Notes: a model not told the origin generated them from the sequence alone. Positions 44,541 to 56,640 are shown, counted from the stretch's first letter. The stretch is DNA of 64,000 bases from Bacteroidota bacterium (GCA_018266685.1 JAFDZY010000201.1:1632-65631); one strand, 5' to 3'. Program-made: numbers and translations.

Positions 44541-47045
44541 ATGGACCGATCAATCAGTTTGTTTTTTGCACTTGTAGTTGCATTGCCGCCCTGGGCTGGG
44601 CCGGGCGGGCCGGCAAAGACCTCCCTTTCCGGAACGGTTTTCGAAAAGGCCAGTGGTCAGGCCATTCCGGGTGCCGAAGTGTTCTTCCCCGATCTCCAAA
44701 CAGGAACTGTCACGGACCTGGACGGACACTATGCATTGGGAAACCTTCCAATGGCCAAGCTGCTGGTGAAGGTGAGCATGATGGGATTTGCCACGATCAC
44801 GGAATCCATCGATCTGACGCAGGTCACAAAGCAGGACTTTTACCTGACCGAATCGGTAACGGAGATGCACGACGTAGTAGTAACGGGTACTTCAAAGGCC
44901 ACTGCGCTGAAACGTTCACCTGTTCCAACTACGTTGGTGGGCAGGCAATACCTGCGGGATCATGCCTTCAGCAATGCCATCGATGCATTGTCCACCGTGC
45001 CAGGAATCAGTACTGTGGGCACAGGCCCGAACATTTCGAAGCCGATCATCAGGGGGCTCGGGGGCAGCCGGGTGCTCACCCTGTTTGACGGGGTTAGGCA
45101 GGAAGGTCAGCAGTGGGGAGCGGAACATGGTGTAGAGATAGATCAGTTCTTGGTTGACCGGATTGAAGTGGTAAAAGGCCCGGCCAGCCTGATGTACGGC
45201 TCGGATGCACTGGCCGGCGTGGTGAACCTTTTGCCTGCTCCCCCCGTGGCCGCAGGGGTGCTCAAGGGCTCGGCCTTGGCCATGTATGACAGTAACAACA
45301 AAGGTTTGGCCGCTTCCGTGAACATCGACGGCAACAATGGGCGCATGGCGTATGGTGGAAGGGCCTCGGCCAAAACCGCTGCGGATTTCAAAAACCGGTA
45401 TGACGGCCGGGTGTACGGAACAAAATTCCGGGAGTTGGACCTCAACGGTTACTTGGGCGTGCATCGTGACTGGGGCTTTGCCCGTGCCGATCTGAGCCTG
45501 TATGACAACTTGCAGGAGGTTCCTGACGGAAGCAGGGACAGCCTTACGCGCGGCTTTATTTATCCAATTGATGATGAAGGATCGAAATGGGCTTCAGCCA
45601 CGGAGGAGAGCATGGGTTCCTACGCCATCGACGGCTTGCACCAGCACATCCAGTACTACCGGGCCTATGCCACGGGCAGTGTGGGCATCGGAGCTGGCAG
45701 GCTTGCAGCGAAGCTGGGGTATTCGCGCAGCATCCGGAGGGAGTTCAACCATCCGGAGCATTTCGACGTGCCGGGATTGTACCTCATTCTGGATACATGG
45801 CCCTTCGACCTGAAGTACCATTTCAAGGAAAGCAGGGGATGGGAGGCTATGGCAGGAATGAACGGCATGTTCCAACGCAATGATGCGTCCAAGGGCACTG
45901 AACTGTTGATACCGAACTATGCGGAGGCGGACATCGGCCCGTTTTTTCATGTAAAGCGGACGCTGGGAAGTGTGGATGTTTCCGGTGGCTTGCGCTACGA
46001 TGCGCGCTATTTTCGGAGCAGTGCGATGTACTCACGGAGCGACCCATCAACGGGGTTTGACATCTCCGATCAAGGAGGCACGAACGACACGGCTGCAGCA
46101 CAACGGTTCCAAGCCTTCTCCCACCAGTACGGCGGTTTTAGCGGCAGTGCAGGCATGGCGTGGGGCATAAATGAACAGTTGGTCCTGAAGGCCAACATTG
46201 GGCGGGGCTATAGGGCCCCCAATGCTGCAGAGGCCACGGCAGCCGGCATTCACCCAGGCACCGGATATGCACAACTTGGTGATTCGGACCTAAAGCCGGA
46301 AGTCAACCTGCAGGAGGACCTTGGCCTCTTCTACAACGGAACACATGTCAACGCCAGCATGGAGCTGTTCAACAACCAGGTGCACAACTTCATTTACAAC
46401 GCCGCGGTCCAAAGCACCGATGGGGGGGGGGATTCATTGATCCTGCAGGACGGCGTTGGCATTCCGGTCTTCAAGTTTCAGCAGACCACGGCCCGGTTAT
46501 ACGGCGGTGAAGCGAGCGTGGACATTCATCCACATCCCTTGGACCACTTGCATTTCCGGAACACGGTTTCACTGGTGCTTGCACAGAACAAAGGCGGAGG
46601 TGCCATCCCCGTCTCCGATGGCACCCGCTACCTGCCCATGATCCCGCCGTTGCACTTTACCAGTGAACTGCGTTATGACATTCCCAAGCGGACAGGCCGG
46701 TTCACGAACCTGTTTGTCAAGGCCGGTGTTCAAGTCATTGCCGCACAGGACCGGTATTGGGCGGCCGGTGGCACCGAAACGGCCACGCCTGGCTATACCT
46801 TGTTGGATGCCGGGCTTGGCGCGGACATATTGAGCAAACAAGGGCGCACGGTGATGACCTTGACCGTGCTCGGCACCAACTTGGCGGATATTGGTTTCCA
46901 AAGCAACATGGACCGCCTGAAGTACATGGACAACTTTCCGGTGAACGGCACTGGCCGCAGTGGGATCTACGGCATGGGCCGCAACATCACCGTAAAGCTC
47001 CTGGTTCCTTTTAATCTTGGGGAAAGGAAGCCTTCGGCGAATTGA
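44541..47045 (+). CDS. TonB-dependent outer-membrane receptor with a CarboxypepD_reg N-domain
   Basis: Start at MDRSISLFFALVVALPPWAG. LSGTVFEKASGQAIPGAEVFF...TDLDGHY is the carboxypeptidase-regulatory-like part. The plug has IRGLGGSRVLTLFDGVRQ and IEVVKGPASLMYGSDALAGVVN. A C-terminal beta-barrel follows. Confidence 0.9.
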   Translation: MDRSISLFFALVVALPPWAGPGGPAKTSLSGTVFEKASGQAIPGAEVFFPDLQTGTVTDLDGHYALGNLPMAKLLVKVSMMGFATITESIDLTQVTKQDFYLTESVTEMHDVVVTGTSKATALKRSPVPTTLVGRQYLRDHAFSNAIDALSTVPGISTVGTGPNISKPIIRGLGGSRVLTLFDGVRQEGQQWGAEHGVEIDQFLVDRIEVVKGPASLMYGSDALAGVVNLLPAPPVAAGVLKGSALAMYDSNNKGLAASVNIDGNNGRMAYGGRASAKTAADFKNRYDGRVYGTKFRELDLNGYLGVHRDWGFARADLSLYDNLQEVPDGSRDSLTRGFIYPIDDEGSKWASATEESMGSYAIDGLHQHIQYYRAYATGSVGIGAGRLAAKLGYSRSIRREFNHPEHFDVPGLYLILDTWPFDLKYHFKESRGWEAMAGMNGMFQRNDASKGTELLIPNYAEADIGPFFHVKRTLGSVDVSGGLRYDARYFRSSAMYSRSDPSTGFDISDQGGTNDTAAAQRFQAFSHQYGGFSGSAGMAWGINEQLVLKANIGRGYRAPNAAEATAAGIHPGTGYAQLGDSDLKPEVNLQEDLGLFYNGTHVNASMELFNNQVHNFIYNAAVQSTDGGGDSLILQDGVGIPVFKFQQTTARLYGGEASVDIHPHPLDHLHFRNTVSLVLAQNKGGGAIPVSDGTRYLPMIPPLHFTSELRYDIPKRTGRFTNLFVKAGVQVIAAQDRYWAAGGTETATPGYTLLDAGLGADILSKQGRTVMTLTVLGTNLADIGFQSNMDRLKYMDNFPVNGTGRSGIYGMGRNITVKLLVPFNLGERKPSAN

Positions 47046-47092
47046 AGTGCGGCCCGGCAAAAGCCACCATCGGGGCCCTGCAGGCTTCCGGC

Positions 47093-47596
47093 CTACCTGT
47101 CAAAGCTGTTCGGGAACTGCTGGCGCATTGCCCCGATGCCGTCCATCACTTTGGCCTCCTGTGCTTGTTTGAATTGGACAAGCTTCATTGCCAATGTGGG
47201 GTCGGCGGTGGCAAGGATCTGCACGGCCAACAGGCCTGCGTTGCGTGCTCCGTTCACCGCCACGGTGGCCACGGGCACTCCGGCCGGCATCTGCACAATG
47301 CTGAGCAGGGAATCCCAACCGTCGATGCTGTTGCGGCTCTTCACCGGCACTCCGATCACGGGGAGCGTGGTAAGCGCAGCCACCATGCCGGGCAAGTGTG
47401 CGGCGCCACCGGCTCCCGCAATGATGGCCTTCAGCCCGCGCCCCGCCGCACCCTTGGCATAATCCACCATGCGTTCCGGCGTGCGGTGCGCGCTCACCAC
47501 CGTTACCTCAAAGGGTACTTCAAACTCCTTCATCGTGTCCACGGCCTCGCGCATCACTTCCAAGTCGCTGCGGCTGCCCATAATGATCCCGATCAT
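47093..47596 (-). CDS. purE: 5-(carboxyamino)imidazole ribonucleotide mutase
   Basis: 167 aa with [25 protein letters not shown] and VIGVPV. Confidence 0.95.
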   Translation of the reverse strand: MIGIIMGSRSDLEVMREAVDTMKEFEVPFEVTVVSAHRTPERMVDYAKGAAGRGLKAIIAGAGGAAHLPGMVAALTTLPVIGVPVKSRNSIDGWDSLLSIVQMPAGVPVATVAVNGARNAGLLAVQILATADPTLAMKLVQFKQAQEAKVMDGIGAMRQQFPNSFDR

Positions 47597-48753
47597 TGCG
47601 TGGATTGTGTTTTAGGATTTGATGCCGGTACCACTTTGGCATGGTCCTTTACCGCGGAAACGGCCCGGTCCACTTCGGCCGTTGTGGGCGCCAGCACAGT
47701 TACATGCCCCATTTTCCGCCCGGTGCGCGTTTCCTGCTTTCCGTACAGATGGATGAAAGTGCCGCTTTGGCGAAGAATTTCCTTGGCCCCGGCCAAATGT
47801 GGTGTGCCGGTGCCTCCTTCTCCCACCAGGTTCACCATGGCGGCCTTGCCGTGCATGCGCACATCGCCCGCAGGCCATCCCATGTATGCGCGGAGCAACT
47901 GGTCGTATTGGGAGCTGGCACAGGCTTCAATGGTATGGTGGCCGCTATTGTGCGCGCGTGGCGCGGTTTCGTTTACCAAGAGCTCGCCTTCAGGAGTGAG
48001 GAACATTTCCACGGCATAGATGCCTGGTGCACCGAATGCTTCAGCCACGCGCACCGCCAGGTTCTTTGCTTTTTCGGCGATGCTTGCATCACAGCGCGCC
48101 GGGGCAAGCAAGGTGTCCACCAGGTTCAGTGCCGGGTCGAAGACCATCTCCACGGGCTCGTATGCCGAGGAAGTGCCATCGGCACCGCGCACGGCGATCA
48201 CGGCCAGCTCTTTGGCTATGGCTACCCGCTTTTCAAGTATATAAGGGCCCTTGAACTCTTCAGGAACTACAGTGGTGGCGGCATCCACGGGCATTACGCC
48301 CTTGCCGTCATATCCGCCTGTGCACGTCTTCAGGAATGCAGGCAGGAGTTCTGCATGCTTCTGAATTGATGAAGCATTTTCCACCAATGCAAAGGGAGCC
48401 GAGGGAATGCCGTGGCTCCGGTAGAATTGCTTCTGCAAACCTTTGTCCTGGATGGTGCGCAGCACGGCAGCTGCCGGGATCACGGTCTTTCCTTGTTTTT
48501 CCAACTGTTCCAACGCTTCGGTGCTTACGTGTTCTATCTCGATGCCCACCACGTCAGCGTCCGATGCAAACTGAATTACCGTGTCCCGCTCATTGAACCG
48601 ACCTGCTTCAAAGCGCGTTGCCAAGTGTGCGCAAGGGCATTGGGGGTCCGGGTCAAGCACGTTCACCTGCACACCGTATCGAAGGGCATTTTCGATGAAC
48701 ATGCGGCCAAGTTGCCCTCCTCCCAACAAAGCGATGCGCATGGGGCGGTCCAT
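47593..48753 (-). CDS. purK: N5-carboxyaminoimidazole ribonucleotide synthase (ATP-grasp)
   Basis: 386 aa with [13 protein letters not shown] and an ATP-grasp core ([21 protein letters not shown]). 4-nt overlap with purE. Confidence 0.9.
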   Translation of the reverse strand: MDRPMRIALLGGGQLGRMFIENALRYGVQVNVLDPDPQCPCAHLATRFEAGRFNERDTVIQFASDADVVGIEIEHVSTEALEQLEKQGKTVIPAAAVLRTIQDKGLQKQFYRSHGIPSAPFALVENASSIQKHAELLPAFLKTCTGGYDGKGVMPVDAATTVVPEEFKGPYILEKRVAIAKELAVIAVRGADGTSSAYEPVEMVFDPALNLVDTLLAPARCDASIAEKAKNLAVRVAEAFGAPGIYAVEMFLTPEGELLVNETAPRAHNSGHHTIEACASSQYDQLLRAYMGWPAGDVRMHGKAAMVNLVGEGGTGTPHLAGAKEILRQSGTFIHLYGKQETRTGRKMGHVTVLAPTTAEVDRAVSAVKDHAKVVPASNPKTQSTQ

Positions 48754-48789
48754 GGCGCGAAGATACCGGCGGAGAAATGCACGGATCGC

Positions 48790-49395
48790 CTAACGACGCC
48801 TGCGGTGGCTGGAAAACTGGGAGAACCGGTGCCCCACGGCAAGCTGAAGGGTCCTGTTGGCAGGGAAGAACACGTCGTCGTCCTTCAGGGTGTTCATGAG
48901 CCCGTTGTAGTACCGCAAGGTGATGTCCAACCCGGCGGACGTGCCGATCCCTGCGCCGATGTTCATTCCCATGTCCAAGGTGTTCAACTCGTTGGAAATG
49001 TCATGGTCCTCGCTGGAACTGGCGAACATGAGGTAGCCGCCCTGAAAACCGGTCTGTATGTTGATGGACCTGTTGATGAAGAACTTCAAGCTCACGGGCA
49101 TCACCGCGCTAAAGCTGTTCACCGTGGTGCGGCCGCCGTCCGGAAGGTCTTTCGCCATGCCTTGCATGGAGACCAGCAGGTCCGGTTGGATCTCTACGCG
49201 GTTTCCCACCCAAATGGGAGCGTAAAACCCAAGTACAAAGCCGGGCACGGGGCGGAACTTGGCACCTGCGCACTGCCATGTGGCAACCTGCGGCCCGCCC
49301 ATAAAGCCCACACCGGAGCGGGACGGCCTTTGCGCCTGAACCAAAAGTGGACAAGTGAACAGCAGTGCCAGGGCAGGTAACAGTCGGAAGTTCAT
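48790..49395 (-). CDS. Outer-membrane beta-barrel protein (porin/OmpA-beta-barrel-like family)
   Basis: 201 aa with a signal peptide MNFRLLPALALLFTCPLLVQAQ and alternating beta-strand pattern. The aromatic residue sits just before a basic C-terminal tail (...VGHRFSQF SSHRRRR). Confidence 0.65.
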   Translation of the reverse strand: MNFRLLPALALLFTCPLLVQAQRPSRSGVGFMGGPQVATWQCAGAKFRPVPGFVLGFYAPIWVGNRVEIQPDLLVSMQGMAKDLPDGGRTTVNSFSAVMPVSLKFFINRSINIQTGFQGGYLMFASSSEDHDISNELNTLDMGMNIGAGIGTSAGLDITLRYYNGLMNTLKDDDVFFPANRTLQLAVGHRFSQFSSHRRRR

Positions 49396-49524
49396 CTTTC
49401 TTCGGGATGCTAGGCGTTTTACGCATGGCCGTGCCGCAAGGTTTCCCGAGGTGCGGAAAAAATGAATAAATATGAAAAAGCTGCAAAGCCAACGTACTGC
49501 CAGCTTCAGGCAGTGGAAGCTTAC

Positions 49525-51180
49525 TTATTTCCCGGCCACGAAAAAGCGGCTGGTAAAGCGGGATCCGTCCAAGTTCAATATCAGTTGGTAAACGCCCGGG
49601 GCCAGATGACCGGTGGGAATGTCCGCTTGGGATGCGTCTGGCACGAAGCTTTCCAAGCTACGGCCGGAAGCATCCACCACCATGGCATGCCGCTCCTTGG
49701 CCGTGAAGCCCCATTCCAACAGCACATGGTCTTGGAAAGTGCTTAGCTGCATACTGCGCCCTTGCGCCGCATCAATGGATGCCGGGCTGTTGATCACGAT
49801 GCCGTAGTCCTCTGTTTCCCCCCAAGTATAGTTCGCGCAAGGGTCGGGGTCCAGCGGCTCACCATCGGCAGGATATACCACGCGGGCCCTGAGCACTGTA
49901 TTGCCCGGTACCGCATTGCCCGGAACCGTGAACGTGAATGAACTGACCTCAAAAGGTGCGGAAGTGGTGGCGTTGCCGAGCAATTCCGAAGCTTCCAGGT
50001 TTCCGTTCTGGTTGAAATCGATCCATGCGGCAACCAGGTCTTGTTCATATTCGCCGCTGGTTACTTGCACAGTGTAGGAATTATTGCGGTCCAGGTTGGT
50101 GCTAAAGGCCGTGTAATCGTTGTACGTGGGGCCTTCCGTGGATCCTGTGCCGGTGTGGTTGATGCTGCCAAGCACCACGCCATCAACAAAGTCGCCCCCG
50201 GAAGTGCCTTGTGCCGATGTGGGAATGCAAAGCGTGGAACCTCCCCCTCCCTGGCAGGCGTTGGACGTAAGCAGTTGTGACCTTACGCCGTTCAGCACAC
50301 CGGTCATGACCGCGGCTTGGCCATTGGTGAACATCATGGTGCAGTTGCTGTAGTCCATGAAATTCTCGTACTGGGTCAGCGTATTGCACTTCATCAAGCT
50401 GGTATTGGAGCAGCTGTACGTGGGGCTGTTGGTTGCCGGTGTGTCGCTGATTCCGTCGCCTGGGGAGCAGTTGCCGTCGCCCCAAGGGTGGTCCAACCCG
50501 AGGTAGTGGCCTACTTCGTGCGTTGCGGTGCGGTCGCCAAGGCCCGTGCCGTATGAGCGGTCGAGCACCAGGCCGTCGATGGGGCTTCCCACCATGCCTC
50601 CGTACGGCAGATAGGCATATCCTGCGGTGACCAGACCGCCTGAGGCCCCGCTGGAAATGTCACAGATCCAGATGTTGAGGTATTTGTTGGTGTTCCATGC
50701 CGAGCTGCCGTATGGCGGATACTTCATGTCATCGGTTTCGCTGTCCGGGTCGAACCAAGTTTTGGTGGTTTGCTGCCGGACGATGCCGGTGGTTGCGCTT
50801 CCGTCGGGGGCTACAGTGGCCAGGCAGAAATCAATGTTGGCATTCGCCCGCAGCGGTGCGAAGACCGGCCGCACGTTGCCGTAGTCCGAATTCAGGGCCT
50901 GGTAGTCATCGTTCATCTGGTCAAGGATGTTGGTAATGACCAGGTCGGGTACATTTTCCGCTGCCGTGTTCCACACCACGTGCACCACAACGGGTATGGT
51001 CAATGTGCCGCCGCCGCGGATGCCTTGTGATTCGAGCAAAGCGGCTTCCTGCGCAAGGTCCACATGCTTGCCGTGCTGTTGCAGCCACCGTTCCGTGAGG
51101 GTATGGGAAAGGCAATGGTCCTGGGCAATGCCGGCCCATGGGAAAGCAACGGCCAACAGCAGGGTAGAAATGAGCTTCAT
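49525..51180 (-). CDS. Secreted M43 (pappalysin/ulilysin-like) zinc metalloprotease with GEVED-like and T9SS C-terminal domains
   Basis: Signal peptide. Metzincin motif HEVGHYLGLDHPW. GETEDYGIVI is GEVED-like. The C-terminal ~75 aa (…GVYQLILNLDGSRFTSRFFVAGK) look like a T9SS sorting domain. Confidence 0.85.
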   Translation of the reverse strand: MKLISTLLLAVAFPWAGIAQDHCLSHTLTERWLQQHGKHVDLAQEAALLESQGIRGGGTLTIPVVVHVVWNTAAENVPDLVITNILDQMNDDYQALNSDYGNVRPVFAPLRANANIDFCLATVAPDGSATTGIVRQQTTKTWFDPDSETDDMKYPPYGSSAWNTNKYLNIWICDISSGASGGLVTAGYAYLPYGGMVGSPIDGLVLDRSYGTGLGDRTATHEVGHYLGLDHPWGDGNCSPGDGISDTPATNSPTYSCSNTSLMKCNTLTQYENFMDYSNCTMMFTNGQAAVMTGVLNGVRSQLLTSNACQGGGGSTLCIPTSAQGTSGGDFVDGVVLGSINHTGTGSTEGPTYNDYTAFSTNLDRNNSYTVQVTSGEYEQDLVAAWIDFNQNGNLEASELLGNATTSAPFEVSSFTFTVPGNAVPGNTVLRARVVYPADGEPLDPDPCANYTWGETEDYGIVINSPASIDAAQGRSMQLSTFQDHVLLEWGFTAKERHAMVVDASGRSLESFVPDASQADIPTGHLAPGVYQLILNLDGSRFTSRFFVAGK

Positions 51181-51222
51181 TATGCGAAAATAGCAAGTTG
51201 GTGAAGTGGAGAGAGCCTGGGA

Positions 51223-51879
51223 TCAATGGCTCAATTCCCGGATGGCGGCAGCGGGATCGGCGGTTCCGAATACGCTGTTGCCGGCAACCAGCACATCCGC
51301 GCCATGGTCAACAAGTTCAGTTGCGTTTTCCAGGGAAACGCCGCCATCCACTTCAATGAGCAATGAGGCACCTCGCAATTCACGCAGTTCGCGCAGCCGA
51401 TCCAGTTTGCGGTAGGTGCCTTGGATGAAGCGCTGGCCGCCGAAGCCGGGGTTCACGCTCATCAGGCACACCTGGTCGATGTCCTCCACGATGTCCTCCA
51501 GCAAATGGACGGGTGTGTGGGGATTGATCGCCACCCCGGCCTTCATGCCCGCCGCCTTGATTGCCTGTATGGTGCGGTGGAGGTGCGTGCATGCTTCGTA
51601 ATGAACGGAGAGCCTTTCGGCTCCCGAATCGCGGAAGGCATTGATGTAGCGGTCCGGGTCCATGATCATCAGGTGGACATCGAAGACCTTTTTGGACAGC
51701 GGGCGAATGGCCTTGATCACTGGCGGCCCAAAGCTGATGTTGGGTACGAACATGCCGTCCATCACATCCAGGTGGAGCCAAGGTGCGGGGCTGGCATCCA
51801 CCAGGGCCACGGCCTGTTCCAGGCGGGCGAAATCGGCGGAAAGCAACGAAGGGGCAATGAGGTGTGCCATGCCCCGCAA
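51223..51879 (-). CDS. rpe: Ribulose-phosphate 3-epimerase
   Basis: IAPSLLSADFARL, HLDVMDGMFVPN, VNPGFGGQ and EVDGG. Met4 (51870) is an alternative start. Confidence 0.95.
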   Translation of the reverse strand: MRGMAHLIAPSLLSADFARLEQAVALVDASPAPWLHLDVMDGMFVPNISFGPPVIKAIRPLSKKVFDVHLMIMDPDRYINAFRDSGAERLSVHYEACTHLHRTIQAIKAAGMKAGVAINPHTPVHLLEDIVEDIDQVCLMSVNPGFGGQRFIQGTYRKLDRLRELRELRGASLLIEVDGGVSLENATELVDHGADVLVAGNSVFGTADPAAAIRELSH

Positions 51880-51939
51880 AGGTAGGAACGGACAAGGCCG
51901 CCTTTCGGGGCGGCCTTGCGCAGAATGTTCAGGAGCGGT

Positions 51940-52818
51940 TCAATCATGCAGGTAGGTGCGCAGAGCCTTGCCGCGCCCCGCCTGCTTTAGCCGGCGGATG
52001 GCCTTCTCCTTGATCTGGCGCACACGCTCACGCGTCAGGTCGAACTTGCGGCCGATCTCTTCCAAGGTGTGGGGTTGGTTCCCGGCCAGGCCAAAATAGA
52101 GTCGGATCACGTCGCCTTCCCTTCCTGAAAGGGATTCCAGGGAGCGTTCGATCTCCAGGCGCAGACTGTCCGACAGGAGGGCTTCCATGGGGTTGGGCAG
52201 GTCGTCATTGCGCATCAGGTCGTGCATGGTGCCGCTGTCGCCATCGTCGCGCAGCGGGGCATCCATGCTCACGTGGCGGCCCGTGTTGCTCATGCTGGTT
52301 TTCACCTCTTCCAGGGTCATCTCCAACGTTTCCGCCAGTTCTGCCGCGGTGGGCGGCCGTTCGTGCTCTTGTTCCAGGCGCGCGAAGGCCTTATTGATCT
52401 TGTTGATGGAGCCGATCTTGTTCAACGGCAAGCGAACAATGCGGGCCTGCTCGGCCAAGCTTTGCAGGATCTGCTGCCTGATCCACCACACGGCGTAGCT
52501 GATGAATTTGAAGCCGCGCGTTTCATCAAAGCGGCCTGCGGCCTTGATCAAACCGAGGTTGCCTTCGCTGATCAAGTCCGGCAGGGTGAGGCCTTGGCCC
52601 TGGTACTGCTTGGCCACGGAAACCACGAACCGCAGGTTGGCTTTGCACAGCGTTTCCAAGGCATCATTGTCGCCTTGGCGGATCCTGCGCGCCAGTTCCA
52701 CTTCCTCCTGGGCGGTGATCAGTTTCACCTTGCCGATCTCGGTGAGGTATTTGTCCAGCGACGGAGTGTCGCGGTTGGTGACCTGCTTGGAGATCTTGAG
52801 TTGTCGCATTCTTGCCAT
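51940..52818 (-). CDS. rpoD: Primary RNA polymerase sigma factor (Bacteroidota short SigA type)
   Basis: 292 aa from the internal [15 protein letters not shown]. Region 2 is [35 protein letters not shown] and region 4 is [23 protein letters not shown]. The track ORF is extended spuriously to 52980. Confidence 0.9.
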   Translation of the reverse strand: MARMRQLKISKQVTNRDTPSLDKYLTEIGKVKLITAQEEVELARRIRQGDNDALETLCKANLRFVVSVAKQYQGQGLTLPDLISEGNLGLIKAAGRFDETRGFKFISYAVWWIRQQILQSLAEQARIVRLPLNKIGSINKINKAFARLEQEHERPPTAAELAETLEMTLEEVKTSMSNTGRHVSMDAPLRDDGDSGTMHDLMRNDDLPNPMEALLSDSLRLEIERSLESLSGREGDVIRLYFGLAGNQPHTLEEIGRKFDLTRERVRQIKEKAIRRLKQAGRGKALRTYLHD

Positions 52819-52976
52819 AGTGCCCGGAGCGTTGGAATCTGTTGATCGGAGCGGTTCAACGCCGGAGCGTGCGGTGTGGTTACGCCAACCGGGGAATGGT
52901 GTGGCTGGGGGCGGGAATGCGTCAAGGGCCGCACCTTGCGGCGCGGCCCTTGTTGGTTCGGCAATGGTCGGGAAGG

Positions 52977-55202
52977 TCAATTATCCCGGCGTGGTCCACG
53001 CTCGCGGTGGTCGCGGCGGGGCCGGTCACGGCGTTCACGTCCTTCGCCTTCGAAAGCCGGTTCGCGCTCCACATAGCCTTCGGGCTTCGGCAGCAGCACC
53101 TTGCGGCTCAGCTTCAGCTTGCCGGTGCGCGGGTCCTTGCCCACCACTTGGAATTCGATCACCTCACCCTCCTTCAGCACATCCTCCACGCGCTCAATGC
53201 GCTTCCAGTCCAGCTCGCTCACGTGCAGCAGGCCGTCGGTACCGGGGAAGATCTCCACGAATGCACCGTAGGGCATGATGGTCTTCACCTTGCCCTTGTA
53301 GGTTACGCCCAATTCGGCGGTGGGAGGGAAGGCGATAGCCTTCACGCGGGCCAAGGCGGCGTCGATGCCGGCCTTGTTCTCGCTCATGATCTGCACATGG
53401 CCCACGCCTTCGATCTCCTCGAGTACGATGGTGGTGTTGGTCTCTGCCTGGATTTCCTGGATCACGCGACCGCCGGGGCCGATCACCGGCCCGATGCTTT
53501 CCTTGGGGATCTCAATGGCCACGATGCGCGGAGCATGCTCCTTGTAGTCGCTGCGGGGCTTGTCCAGGGTCTTCATCATTTCGCCCAGGATGTGCAGGCG
53601 GCCCTTGCGGGCCTGCTCCAGGGCTTGGCCCAGCACTTCGTAGCTCAGGCCGTCCACCTTCAGGTCCATCTGCGTGGCGGTGATGCCCTTGGAGGTGCCG
53701 GTCACCTTGAAGTCCATGTCGCCCAAGTGGTCTTCATCGCCAAGGATGTCGCTGAGGATGGCATACTTGCCGTCGGGGTCGCTGATCATGCCCATGGCGA
53801 TGCCGCTCACGGGAGCCTTGATCTGAATGCCGCCGTCCATCAGCGCAAGGGTGCCGGAGCACACCGTGGCCATTGAGCTGGAGCCGTTGCTCTCCAGGAT
53901 GTCGCAGTTCAGGCGCATGGTGTACGGGTTCTCGAGGGCGCTGGGCAGCACGGGCTTCAGTGCGCGGAAGGCCAGGTTTCCATGGCCGATCTCGCGGCGC
54001 CCGGGGCCGCGGATGGGGCGGGTTTCACCGGTGCTGAAGGGCGGGAAGTTGTAGTGGAGCATGAAACGGTCGCTGCGCTTCACCACGGCGGTGTCCACGG
54101 TTTGCTCGTCCATCTTGGAGCCGAGGGTGAGCAGATTGATGGCTTGGGTTTCACCACGGGTGAAGATGGCGCTGCCGTGGGTGCCGGGCAGCACGTCCAC
54201 CTCGCTCCAAATGGGGCGGATCTCATCAGTCCTGCGGCCATCCAAGCGGATGCCCTTTTCCAGCACTACGCGGCGTACGGCGGCCTTCTGGGATTTTTTG
54301 AAGTAGCGGTCCAGCATGGCCTTCTTGGCCTTCTGCTCATCAGTGAGCGTGGAAAGGAAGTCCTCCTTCACTTTCCCGAAGGCAGCGCTGCGCTCTTCCT
54401 TGCTGCTGGGGTGCACGGCGATGTCGTAGTACTTCTGGAAGGTGGCATTGTAGATGGCCTTCTGCAGGTCGGCGTCGTTCTCCTCGTGGTTGTAGGTACG
54501 CTTGGTGAGGCTCTTGGGCACCAGCGCGGCCATTTCGTTGATGGCCTTGCACTGGTCCTTGATGCTGTCGTGGGCCAGCTTGATGGCCTCGATCATTTCG
54601 GCTTCGGTCACTTCAAGCATTTCACCCTCCACCATCAGGATGTCCTTGTCGGTGCCGGCCACGATCAGGTCGATGTCGGAACCTTCCATCTGGGCGTAGG
54701 TGGGGTTGATGGTCCAGGTGCCCTTGTTGCGGATCACGCGCACTTCGCTCACCGGCCCGTTGAAGGGGATGTCGCTTACGGCGATGGCTGCGGAAGCGGC
54801 TAGGCAGGCCAGGGAATCCGCGGGATTCTCCTTGTCTGAGCTCATCATGGTGACCTGCACCTGCGTGTCGCCGTGGAAATCGTCGTTGAAGAGCGGGCGC
54901 AGGGCGCGGTCCACCAGGCGGCTCACGAGGATCTCACCGTCATGGGGCCTGTTCTCGCGCTTGAAGAAGCCGCCGGGGAAGCGGCCTGCGGCACTGAATT
55001 TTTCGCGGTACTCCACCTGGAGGGGGAGGAAGTCGATGCCTTCGCGGGCATCCTTGCTGGCCACCACGGTGGCCAATACGATGGTGTCGCCCAGGCGAAC
55101 GGTCACTGCACCGTCGGCCTGTTTGGCCAAGATGCCCGTCTCCAGGCTGATGGTCCTGCCATCACGCAGGGTGATGGTCTTTTGTATTCCTGTTGGTTTC
55201 AT
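52977..55202 (-). CDS. pnp: Polyribonucleotide nucleotidyltransferase (PNPase)
   Basis: 741 aa with two RNase PH domains, KH and S1 ([19 protein letters not shown]), and an Arg/Glu-rich C-terminal tail. Confidence 0.95.
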   Translation of the reverse strand: MKPTGIQKTITLRDGRTISLETGILAKQADGAVTVRLGDTIVLATVVASKDAREGIDFLPLQVEYREKFSAAGRFPGGFFKRENRPHDGEILVSRLVDRALRPLFNDDFHGDTQVQVTMMSSDKENPADSLACLAASAAIAVSDIPFNGPVSEVRVIRNKGTWTINPTYAQMEGSDIDLIVAGTDKDILMVEGEMLEVTEAEMIEAIKLAHDSIKDQCKAINEMAALVPKSLTKRTYNHEENDADLQKAIYNATFQKYYDIAVHPSSKEERSAAFGKVKEDFLSTLTDEQKAKKAMLDRYFKKSQKAAVRRVVLEKGIRLDGRRTDEIRPIWSEVDVLPGTHGSAIFTRGETQAINLLTLGSKMDEQTVDTAVVKRSDRFMLHYNFPPFSTGETRPIRGPGRREIGHGNLAFRALKPVLPSALENPYTMRLNCDILESNGSSSMATVCSGTLALMDGGIQIKAPVSGIAMGMISDPDGKYAILSDILGDEDHLGDMDFKVTGTSKGITATQMDLKVDGLSYEVLGQALEQARKGRLHILGEMMKTLDKPRSDYKEHAPRIVAIEIPKESIGPVIGPGGRVIQEIQAETNTTIVLEEIEGVGHVQIMSENKAGIDAALARVKAIAFPPTAELGVTYKGKVKTIMPYGAFVEIFPGTDGLLHVSELDWKRIERVEDVLKEGEVIEFQVVGKDPRTGKLKLSRKVLLPKPEGYVEREPAFEGEGRERRDRPRRDHRERGPRRDN

Positions 55203-55282
55203 CTGCTTTCCGGCACGCCTTTCGTGCCTTTGTTTTTGATTGGTTTTCTCTTTGGTGGCCGGTGCAGGCCCGGCGGTAAATG

Positions 55283-55314
55283 GAAAGGGCGACCGTTCCT
55301 ACGATCGCCCTTTC
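55283..55314 (-). terminator. Stem-loop between rpsO and pnp (intrinsic terminator/attenuator-like)
   Basis: GAAAGGGCGA (55283-55292) pairs with TCGCCCTTTC (55305-55314) across a 12-nt loop. On the minus strand it is followed by CCATTT. Its position matches the classical rpsO-pnp processing/termination hairpin. Confidence 0.5.
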
Positions 55315-55363
55315 GTTGGTCAATGGATCGCGCGTGTTCCGGCCATGGTGGCCTGCGCGGCGC

Positions 55364-55633
55364 TCACTTGCGGAGGCCGAGCTTCGCGATGATCGCGCGG
55401 TAGCGCTCGATCTCGTGGTTCTTCAGGTAGCTGAGCAATTGCTTGCGCTTGCCCACCAGGTCCAGCAGTGCGCCTTCGGTGCGGTGGTCCTTCTTGTTGG
55501 TTTTCAAGTGCTCGGTGAGGTGCTCAATGCGCTGGGTGAACAGGGCGATCTGCCCTTCGGCGCTGCCTGTGTTGGTGGCGCTGCCCCCATGGGTCTTGAA
55601 GATTTCCTGCTTGGCCTCTTTCGTTGCGATCAT
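55364..55633 (-). CDS. rpsO: 30S ribosomal protein S15
   Basis: 89 aa from the internal ATG: [71 protein letters not shown]. Confidence 0.95.
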   Translation of the reverse strand: MIATKEAKQEIFKTHGGSATNTGSAEGQIALFTQRIEHLTEHLKTNKKDHRTEGALLDLVGKRKQLLSYLKNHEIERYRAIIAKLGLRK

Positions 55634-55794
55634 GGTCGTTGTTTCTGCCTCATTTTCAGCCGCCCCTTTGGCGGTTGAGGGCGCGAATGTACGCCTTTTT
55701 CTTTGCTCACCGTTCAATTCTTCGCATTGCGGGTGGTTCCCACCCAAGTTGTCAAGGCTTCGGGGGCTATTCAAGTTGGGAAAGCCTTCACGGC

Positions 55795-56640
55795 TTAGGA
55801 CCGGAACATGGTGGCAAACTGCGACAGTTTGGTCCTCAGGTCCTTGCGTTCCACAATGAGGTCCAAGAAACCATGTTCCAGCACGAATTCGCTGGTTTGG
55901 AAGCCTTCCGGCAGGTCGTGCCCGATGGTTTCGCGCACCACCCGGGGGCCTGCAAATGCGACCAGGGCCTTGGGTTCGGCGATGTTGATGTCGCCCAGCA
56001 TGGCGAAGCTGGCGGTGACGCCGCCGGTGGTGGGGTCGGTGAGCACGCTGATGAAGGGCACGCGCTTCTGGGCCATCAGGCTGAGCTTGGCGCTTGTTTT
56101 GGCCATCTGCATCAGGCTGAACCCGGCTTCCATCATGCGTGCACCGCCGCTCTTGCTGATGATGACCAAGGGGCATTTGCGCCGCATGGCGGCATCAGCT
56201 GCCATGGCGATTTTTTCGCCCACCACGCTCCCCATGCTTCCGCCGATGAAGCGGAAGTCCATGCAGGCGATCACCACCGGTTGCTTGTCCAATTTGCCTT
56301 CGGCGGCACGCAGGGCATCATTGAGCCCGGTGTTTTTCCGTGTTTGCACCAGGCGTTCCGTGTATTTCTTGGTGTCCTGGAACTTCAGCGGGTCGCCAGC
56401 CACGAGCTTGGCACCGATCTCCTTGAACTTGCCATCGTCAAAAAGGATGCTGAAGTACTCCGCGCTGCCGATCCGTTCGTGGTACTGGCATTTGGCGCAC
56501 ACCCACAGGTTTTTGGCGTGGTCGTCCGAAGTGACGATCTCCGAGCACTCCGGGCATTTGTACCAGAGCCCTTCCGGGGTCTCCTTTTTATCCTCGGTGG
56601 AGGTGGTGATGCCTTCCTTGACGCGTGTGAACCAACCCAT
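55795..56640 (-). CDS. accD: Acetyl-CoA carboxylase carboxyltransferase beta subunit
   Basis: 281 aa with an N-terminal zinc ribbon CPECSEIV...CAKCQYH, plus FIGGSMG and SGGARMQE-like SGGARMME. Confidence 0.95.
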   Translation of the reverse strand: MGWFTRVKEGITTSTEDKKETPEGLWYKCPECSEIVTSDDHAKNLWVCAKCQYHERIGSAEYFSILFDDGKFKEIGAKLVAGDPLKFQDTKKYTERLVQTRKNTGLNDALRAAEGKLDKQPVVIACMDFRFIGGSMGSVVGEKIAMAADAAMRRKCPLVIISKSGGARMMEAGFSLMQMAKTSAKLSLMAQKRVPFISVLTDPTTGGVTASFAMLGDINIAEPKALVAFAGPRVVRETIGHDLPEGFQTSEFVLEHGFLDLIVERKDLRTKLSQFATMFRS